Shown piece by piece: positions 30,065 through 35,662 of a stretch of 35,662 bases of DNA (its first letter is position 1; every line of letters starts with the position of its first letter). Under the pieces are notes generated by a model. The model made no database searches and was not told where the DNA came from. It saw only the letters and a program-made list of their open reading frames with translations. The stretch is from the NCBI GenBank assembly GCA_035996305.1, contig DASYJR010000009.1, positions 1 to 35,662 on the forward strand, given 5' to 3'. This DNA is from Amnibacterium sp. GTDB taxonomy: Bacteria > Actinomycetota > Actinomycetes > Actinomycetales > Microbacteriaceae. The position numbers and the translations under genes were made by a program.

Positions 30065-31288
30065 GTGACGGATGCGGGTGGGCTCGAGGGGTCAGAGATC
30101 GACCTCGACGTGCTGCGCATCGCGCACGGCGGGGTGTCGGTGGCCGAGCACGAGGGCCGGGTCGTGTTCGTGACCGACACGCTGCCGGGTGAGCGCGTGC
30201 GGGCCGTGGTGACCGAGGACCGGCACGAGCGATGGCTGCGGGCCGAGACCGTCGCCGTGCTGGAGGCGTCCCCCGACCGCCGACCGCACATCTGGCCGGC
30301 GGCGTCCGTCGACCGGGAGCCGGCGCAGCGGGCGGGCGGCGCCGAGTTCGGGCACATCGCCCCCGACCGGCAGCGCGCGCTGAAGACCGAGGTGCTGCGC
30401 GACGCGCTCGCCCGCACCGGCCGGATGCCGCAGGCTCGGATCGACGCCCTCGACCCCGTCGTGCGGGCCGTCCCGGGACCCGACGACGGCACCCGGTCCC
30501 GCACACGGATCCGCCTGCACGTCGACCCGGGGGGCGCCCTGGGACCCTACGCCGCGCGGACGCGGCAGGTCGTGCCCGTCGACGACCTGCCGCTCGGGGT
30601 GCCGGCCCTCGAGGCCCTGCTCCCCGGCGCGCCCCGCGATCGCGACGCCGTCGACCTGATCGCGCCGTCCGCGGGGGAGCCGTTCGCCCTCGCGGCGCGG
30701 ACCGCGCATCCGCCGATCGCCGAGCGGGTGGGGGAGCGCACCTTCTCCCTCGAGGCGACCGGCTTCTGGCAGGTGCATCCGTCCGCGCCGGACGTGCTCA
30801 CCGCCGCCGTGCGGGCGGCGCTGGACCCCGTCCGGTTCGATCCGCGCGCCGGCAACCTCGACCTCTACGGCGGCGTCGGGCTGCTCGCGGCAGCCCTCGG
30901 GGACGCCGGGGGCCCGGGCACCCGCGTGACGACCGTGGAGGCCGACCGGGCCGCGAGCCGTCACGCCGGGAGCAACCTCGCGTCGTGGCGGGGTGCGACC
31001 GCCGTCTCCGCCCGCGTCGACGCGTTCCTCGCCCGCGAGCGGGAGCAGCGGCCAGGCGCGACGGTCGTGCTCGACCCGCCGCGGTCGGGCGCGGGGCGCG
31101 CCGTGGTCGAGGCCGTCGCGGCGCTCGGTCCCGCCCGCGTCGTCTACGTCGCCTGCGATCCGGTCGCTCTCGCCCGCGACCTCGCCACGTTCGCGGAGCA
31201 CGGCTGGTCGCCCGTGCGCTTCGAGGCCCTCGACCTGTTCCCGAACACGCACCACCTCGAGGCCGTCGTGGCCCTGGACCGCGGCTGA
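30065..31288 (+). CDS. TRAM-domain RNA (uracil-5)-methyltransferase, RlmD/TrmA family
   Basis: N-terminal TRAM (IAHGG..VFV..LPGERV), FWQVH, DLYGGVG, LDPPRSG, YVACDP, DLFPNTHHLE. Confidence 0.9.
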   Translation: MTDAGGLEGSEIDLDVLRIAHGGVSVAEHEGRVVFVTDTLPGERVRAVVTEDRHERWLRAETVAVLEASPDRRPHIWPAASVDREPAQRAGGAEFGHIAPDRQRALKTEVLRDALARTGRMPQARIDALDPVVRAVPGPDDGTRSRTRIRLHVDPGGALGPYAARTRQVVPVDDLPLGVPALEALLPGAPRDRDAVDLIAPSAGEPFALAARTAHPPIAERVGERTFSLEATGFWQVHPSAPDVLTAAVRAALDPVRFDPRAGNLDLYGGVGLLAAALGDAGGPGTRVTTVEADRAASRHAGSNLASWRGATAVSARVDAFLAREREQRPGATVVLDPPRSGAGRAVVEAVAALGPARVVYVACDPVALARDLATFAEHGWSPVRFEALDLFPNTHHLEAVVALDRG

Positions 31289-31307
31289 CACGCGGCGGTC
31301 GCGGGCC

Positions 31308-31385
31308 GCACCCGAACTGGGGGACGGATCAGCCCCGATCGGGGTGCACCTTTCAGTCCGTTCTGTCCCCCGAAATCCGTAGACT
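31308..31385 (+). promoter_or_regulatory. Response-regulator promoter with repeated boxes
   Basis: GCACCC-GAACTG-GGGGAC (31308-25), CAGCCC-CGATCG-GGGTGC (31330-47), half-site GTCCCC-CGAAAT (31365-76), -10 TAGACT (31380-85). Confidence 0.6.
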
Positions 31386-31416
31386 CGCTGCCGTTCGATC
31401 CAAGGAGTTGATCCTG

Positions 31417-32115
31417 ATGACCATCACGAACGCACAGCCGGAGTCGCAGACCCTGCTCGTCCGCGTCGCCGTCGTCGACGACCACGAATCCGTCCGGCTC
31501 GGCCTCAGCGCCGCCTGCATGCGGGAGGGCTTCCAGTTCGTCGAGGAGGGCGCGACCGTCGGCGAGCTCATCGAGCGGCTGAAGGGCCGCGAGACGGACG
31601 TGGTCGTGCTCGACCTGTCCCTCGGCGACGGCTCCACCATCACGGAGAACGTCAAGAACATCCAGGCCACCGGTGCCGGCGTGCTCGTGCACTCCATCGC
31701 CGACCGCGCCGCCGGTGTCCGCGAGGCGCTGGCCGCCGGTGCGGCCGGTGTCATCCCGAAGTCGGCGGCCACCGCCACCGTCATGGCCGCGATCCGCACG
31801 GTCGCCCGCGGCGAGGTGCTGAACAACCTCGAGTGGGCGAGCGCGATCGACGCGGACGTCGAGTTCGCCAAGGCGCAGCTCGGCCGCCGCGAGCGCGACG
31901 TGCTGAACCTGTACGCCTCCGGCCTCCCGCTGCGGATGGTCGCCGAGCAGCTCGGCATCGCCCCGTCGACGGTCCGCGAGTACCTGGACCGCATCCGCGT
32001 CAAGTACGTCGAGGTCGGCCGCCCTGCCCCCACCAAGGTGGACCTGCTCCGCCGCGCGGTGGAGGACGGCATCCTGCCGAACCTCGACATCGACGCCGAT
32101 GACGATGAGGTCTGA
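31417..32115 (+). CDS. NarL/LuxR-family response regulator
   Basis: Receiver VAVVDDH, VVLD (phospho-Asp), VIPKS; HTH LGRRERDVLNLYASG...STVREYLDRIRVK; AAGGAG RBS. Confidence 0.93.
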   Translation: MTITNAQPESQTLLVRVAVVDDHESVRLGLSAACMREGFQFVEEGATVGELIERLKGRETDVVVLDLSLGDGSTITENVKNIQATGAGVLVHSIADRAAGVREALAAGAAGVIPKSAATATVMAAIRTVARGEVLNNLEWASAIDADVEFAKAQLGRRERDVLNLYASGLPLRMVAEQLGIAPSTVREYLDRIRVKYVEVGRPAPTKVDLLRRAVEDGILPNLDIDADDDEV

Positions 32116-33376
32116 GGAGCCCGCGCTCACCGAGCAACCGGCGCCTGAGGCCCGCGGCTTCGTCTCGCCGATCGGCACGCGCCGCGTCGAGGTCACCCTC
32201 GCCGTCGCGATGAGCCTCTTCGGCCTGCTCTTCAGCGTGCAGAGCCTGCCGGCACTGATCGCGCAGGCCGGTTCCATGGACTCGGCGCTGGGCCGTGCCA
32301 TCGTCGTGCTCGTCTACGGCACGATCCTGATCGCCGGGCTCGCCGCCGTGCTGCGCCAGTGGACGACCCAGATCTTCCTCACCGCGGCGGCGGCCTACCT
32401 GGTCGCGCTCGCGCTGTGGGTGCCCTCCCTGCACGGCGCGTTCCCGCGGCTCGAGATCCCCTGGATCATCGGGCTCGCGGGTGTGCCGAGCGGGTTCGTG
32501 ATCGTCGCGCGCCGGGAGTGGGTCACGCCGGCGATCTACACGATCGCGATCGGGATCGTGATCGGGCTGCTGCGCTCGTCCGTCTACGGCGGGGCGGTCG
32601 ACCCGGGCCGGGCGCTGCTCGACGCCGTCTACGCCGTCGCGCTGAACCTGGGCCTGCTCATCCTCACCGTCGCCGTGCGACTCGCCGCCCGCCAGGTCGA
32701 CCAGGCGCAGACGAACGCGCTGCAGCGGTACGCGTCCGCGCAGATCGACCAGGCCATGGAGGCCGAGCGGGTGCGCACCGATGCCCTCGTGCACGACTCG
32801 GTGCTCACCACGTTCCTGTCTGCCGCGGCCGCGCAGACGGCCGAGGGGAAGGACCTCGCGGCGCGCATGGCGCGCAACGCGATGGGCCACCTGTCGCGGG
32901 CGACCGTCGCGGCGGAGACCGGCCCCCATGTCACCCTCGCGGACCTCGTGCCGCGGATCCGGGAGGACGCCCTCGCCGTCGTCGACCGGTTCGAGGTCCG
33001 CACGGAGTCCCTCGACGGCCGCGCCGTGCCGACCACGGTCGCCGAGGCGCTCGTCTCCGCGACCGTGCAGGCGATGACGAACAGCGTGAAGCACGCGGGC
33101 GGCCCGGAGCTGCGGCGGTCCGTGGTGCTCCGCGGCACCACCGCGGGCGGCGTGCAGTCGGTGATCAGCGACAACGGCGCCGGCTTCGATCCCGCCCTGA
33201 TCATGAGCGAGCGGCTCGGTGTGCGCGTGTCGATCCTCGAGCGCGTCCGCCTCGTCGGCGGCGACGCCGACATCCGCACGGCCCCGGGGCTCGGCACGAC
33301 GGTCCTGCTGTCCTGGCCCGCGGCGGCCCGCGAGGCGTCGGAGCCCGTCGACATCAGGGCGCTGGCGCTCGGATGA
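32099..33376 (+). CDS. Membrane sensor histidine kinase (HisKA_3-like)
   Basis: About 5-6 TM helices, LVHDSVL H-box, TNSVKHAG N-box, ISDNGAGFD G1, LGVRVSILER, PGLGTTV. Confidence 0.9.
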   Translation: MTMRSEEPALTEQPAPEARGFVSPIGTRRVEVTLAVAMSLFGLLFSVQSLPALIAQAGSMDSALGRAIVVLVYGTILIAGLAAVLRQWTTQIFLTAAAAYLVALALWVPSLHGAFPRLEIPWIIGLAGVPSGFVIVARREWVTPAIYTIAIGIVIGLLRSSVYGGAVDPGRALLDAVYAVALNLGLLILTVAVRLAARQVDQAQTNALQRYASAQIDQAMEAERVRTDALVHDSVLTTFLSAAAAQTAEGKDLAARMARNAMGHLSRATVAAETGPHVTLADLVPRIREDALAVVDRFEVRTESLDGRAVPTTVAEALVSATVQAMTNSVKHAGGPELRRSVVLRGTTAGGVQSVISDNGAGFDPALIMSERLGVRVSILERVRLVGGDADIRTAPGLGTTVLLSWPAAAREASEPVDIRALALG

Positions 33377-34428
33377 TCACCCTCCCGCGCCCGCTGCTCG
33401 TGGCGCTCGCCGTCGGGTTCTCGCTGTACCACGTCATCCTCGGCGTCTCCGCGGTGCTGGCCGGCGAGTACAGCGACCATGTGGAGCGGGTGATCGCGGC
33501 GCTCGTGCTGTTCGCGGTCGTCACCGTGCTGTCGGTCACCGTGGGCCGTGGCGTCGAGATGCCGGTGTGGCTCGCCGGGCTGAACGTCGGCGCCGGCCTG
33601 TCGATCACGCTGCTCGTGGCGAGCGCCATCGACCTCGGCCACAAGGGCGACCTCGGCTACGCCACCTGGTACGTGGCGGCGGTCGGCACGCTGCTCACGG
33701 TCACCGCCGTGCGCCGGCACACGACCTACGCGTGGTTCGGTCTCGGCCTGCTCGTCACCCAGACCGTGGTGTGGGCCGGCCCGATCGGATTGACGCGGTT
33801 CGGCGTGGTCGGCGACATCCTCTGGGTCGGCATCGCGCACGTCTTCACCCGCGCCCTCGCGCGTGCGACGGTCGACGTGCGGCAGTTCGCCCGCGCGGAG
33901 CGGGAGGCCGTGGAGTGGCAGGCCGCGCAGGACGCGCACCACTTCGAGCGGCAGGTGCGGCTCACGCAGACGAGCCGGATGGCGCTGCCGATGCTGCGCC
34001 GCATCGCGGAGGTCGGCGGGGAGCTGGACGAGGACGACCGGCACGAGTGCCGGGTGCTGGAGCAGTCGATCCGCGACGAGATCCGCGGGCGGCGGCTGCT
34101 GAACGACCGGGTGCGGGAGCAGGTGATCGCGGCCAGGCGCCGCGGCGCGTTCGTGCAGGTGCTCGACGACGGCGGCGTGGACGACATCGACGCCGAGCTG
34201 CTCGACCCGGTGCTCGACCAGGTGGCGGATGCGCTGAGCCGCGTGCGCTCGGACCGCATCATCATCCGCACGGCCCCGAGGGGCTCCGCGAAGGCGGTCA
34301 CGGTCGTGGGCCTGTCGAGCGGCACGTCGGCCGCGAGTGCGCTCGGCATCGAGGACGAGGACGAGGACGTCGACCTCTGGCTGGAGCTGGAGCGGCCGGC
34401 GGGTGCTCCGACCCCGGTCCAGGTCTGA
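33373..34428 (+). CDS. Membrane protein, probable degenerate histidine-kinase paralogue
   Basis: ATG 33373 overlaps the kinase stop; about 5 TM helices, coiled segment and cytoplasmic domain with no H/N/G boxes. Confidence 0.78.
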   Translation: MITLPRPLLVALAVGFSLYHVILGVSAVLAGEYSDHVERVIAALVLFAVVTVLSVTVGRGVEMPVWLAGLNVGAGLSITLLVASAIDLGHKGDLGYATWYVAAVGTLLTVTAVRRHTTYAWFGLGLLVTQTVVWAGPIGLTRFGVVGDILWVGIAHVFTRALARATVDVRQFARAEREAVEWQAAQDAHHFERQVRLTQTSRMALPMLRRIAEVGGELDEDDRHECRVLEQSIRDEIRGRRLLNDRVREQVIAARRRGAFVQVLDDGGVDDIDAELLDPVLDQVADALSRVRSDRIIIRTAPRGSAKAVTVVGLSSGTSAASALGIEDEDEDVDLWLELERPAGAPTPVQV

Positions 34429-34504
34429 CCACCCGTACGCACGCTTGCCACTTTCTGCCCCCTCAGGGGCCCGGAAGGGGCAGAAAGTGGCAAGTGTGCG
34501 TCAG
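34425..34504. repeat. REP-like intergenic palindrome, copy 2
   Basis: 25-nt arms at 34437-34461 and 34477-34501 (24/25 complementary); shares the CTGACCACCC 5' flank and TCAG 3' end with copy 1. Confidence 0.85.
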
Positions 34505-34507
34505 GAA

Positions 34508-34661
34508 GACGGCGAAGGGGCCGGCCTCCCCAGACCGGCCCCTGTACACCCCCGAGTCGAGGAGACAACCCGAATATCTCGTCGACTCGCCCCCGACGGA
34601 CGCCTGCTTACCCTGATCGGCGGTCCGCCCGGTCGCGTCGCCGTGGGTCGGCCGACGCTGT
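34508..34661 (-). ncRNA. Candidate structured small RNA (~155 nt, four hairpins, G-rich loops and linkers)
   Basis: Four stems found by eye; G-U pairs in three of them work only on the minus strand; CAGAAT -10 at 34673-34668; last stem is terminator-like; no credible ORF. Confidence 0.6.
34516..34543 (-). terminator. Terminator-like hairpin with GGGG loop
   Basis: AGGGGCCGGUCU-GGGG-AGGCCGGCCCCU followed by UCGCCGUCUU. Confidence 0.65.
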
Positions 34662-34667
34662 ACCCCT

Positions 34668-34724
34668 ATTCTGCCGCCGCCTCAAGGGGTTCGCAGTAGG
34701 CCGTTACGGGGACATTCGGGGTAC
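34668..34724 (-). promoter_or_regulatory. Putative promoter of the candidate sRNA with response-regulator boxes
   Basis: -10 CAGAAT; plus-strand GTAGGC-CGTTAC-GGGGAC (34696-34713) and CATTCG-GGGTAC (34713-34724). Confidence 0.45.
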
Positions 34725-34765
34725 AAAGCAGCACTCGACCGGTCGTTCTCCGACCCCCGTTCGGG

Positions 34766-34981
34766 TCAGCGTGGATCGTTCCAGCGGCCCTCGGTGTCGG
34801 TCGTCCGCCGGAGGCCCCTCCGGCTGCGGTTCCACGCCGACGCGACGTGGGTCGGCGGGAGCGCCTTGACGGCTGCGGCGCGCTCGAGCTGCAGCTGCGC
34901 GAACACGGCGGCGATCGCCGCGACCTCGTCGTCGGTCGCGGAGCCGCCGAGCACCCGCGGGCTCTCCGGAGCGTCGGTCAC
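34766..34981 (-). CDS. accE: Acyl-CoA carboxylase epsilon subunit
   Basis: [18 protein letters not shown]...SAWNRSRR; 71 aa; GTGA-coupled to the carboxyltransferase. Confidence 0.82.
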   Translation of the reverse strand: MTDAPESPRVLGGSATDDEVAAIAAVFAQLQLERAAAVKALPPTHVASAWNRSRRGLRRTTDTEGRWNDPR

Positions 34982-35662
34982 AGGGGGATGTTCCCGTGCT
35001 TCTTCGGTGGCACGCTCGCCCGCTTGCTGCGGAGCGCACGGAACGCCTTGATGACGGTGATCCGCGTGGAGGCCGGCTCGATGACCCCGTCGAGCTCGCC
35101 GCGCTCGGCGGCGAGGAACGGGCTCGCGACGTTGTACGTGTACTCGTTCGCGAGGCGGGTGCGGACCGCGTCGACGTCCTCGCCGGCCTGCTCGGCCCGC
35201 CGGATCTCGCCGCGGTACAGGATGTTCACGGCGCCCTGGCCGCCCATGACGGCGATCTCGGCCGTCGGCCACGCGTAGTTGAGGTCGGCGCCGAGCTGCT
35301 TCGAGCCCATGACGATGTAGGCCCCGCCGTACGCCTTCCTGGTGATCACGGTCACGAGCGGCACGGTCGCCTCGGCGTAGGCGTAGAGCAGCTTCGCGCC
35401 GCGGCGGATGACGCCGGTCCACTCCTGGTCGGTGCCGGGCAGGTAGCCGGGCACGTCGACGAGGGTGAGGATCGGGATGGAGAACGCGTCGCAGAACCGC
35501 ACGAAGCGTGCGGCCTTCTCGCCCGCGTCGATGTTCAGCGTGCCGGCCATGGCGCTCGGCTGGTTGGCGACGACGCCGATCGTGCGGCCCTCGATGCGGC
35601 CGAAGCCGACGACGATGTTGGGGGAGTAGAGCGGCTGCGTCTCGAGGAACTCGCCGTCGTCG
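34978..35662 (-). CDS. accD: Acyl-CoA carboxylase beta (carboxyltransferase) subunit, 3' part
   Basis: [39 protein letters not shown]-terminus; begins outside the window. Confidence 0.95.
   Translation of the reverse strand, partial: DDGEFLETQPLYSPNIVVGFGRIEGRTIGVVANQPSAMAGTLNIDAGEKAARFVRFCDAFSIPILTLVDVPGYLPGTDQEWTGVIRRGAKLLYAYAEATVPLVTVITRKAYGGAYIVMGSKQLGADLNYAWPTAEIAVMGGQGAVNILYRGEIRRAEQAGEDVDAVRTRLANEYTYNVASPFLAAERGELDGVIEPASTRITVIKAFRALRSKRASVPPKKHGNIPL

Noticed and set aside
19455-34428. Apparent giant or fusion proteins in the ORF track (827, 745, 940, 759, 627 and 689 aa)
   Set aside because: N-terminal parts are open off-frame stretches across neighbouring genes; the real starts have an RBS, a -10 or stop-start coupling further downstream.
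34508-34661. 6C RNA or another C-loop RNA on the plus strand
   Set aside because: Loops lack six-C runs, and the G-U pairs, the -10 and the terminator tail all favour the minus strand. An Rfam search is still needed to exclude this formally.

Overview
High-GC actinobacterial chromosomal window. Gene content and order resemble Microbacteriaceae (inference). The housekeeping backbone is sdhCDAB, manC, a nucleoside uptake/salvage cluster (cdd, BMP-family ABC transporter, deoA, add, orphan PTS EIIB, phospho-sugar mutase, punA), lpdA, biotin carboxylase, Maf, a TRAM RNA methyltransferase and accE/accD. Two accessory blocks interrupt it. One is at 10.3-16.6 kb (flavoprotein + large LuxR regulator, creatininase-family protein, two amidohydrolases). 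The other is at 23.5-27.2 kb (catalytically degenerate SGNH-GAF protein; acyl-ACP-reductase-like + NDH-2-like pair). The most interesting signal is a candidate regulatory circuit. A NarL-family response regulator, a histidine kinase and a His-less pseudokinase paralogue are followed by a convergent, unannotated ~155-nt four-hairpin RNA that displays G-runs in its loops and linkers. A shared CCC-N6-GGGGAC-type palindromic box lies upstream of the regulator, this RNA and both transcription units of the second accessory block. A two-copy REP-like palindrome is also present. No CRISPR array, tRNA, rRNA or transposase was seen. All assignments come from motif reading, not database searches.
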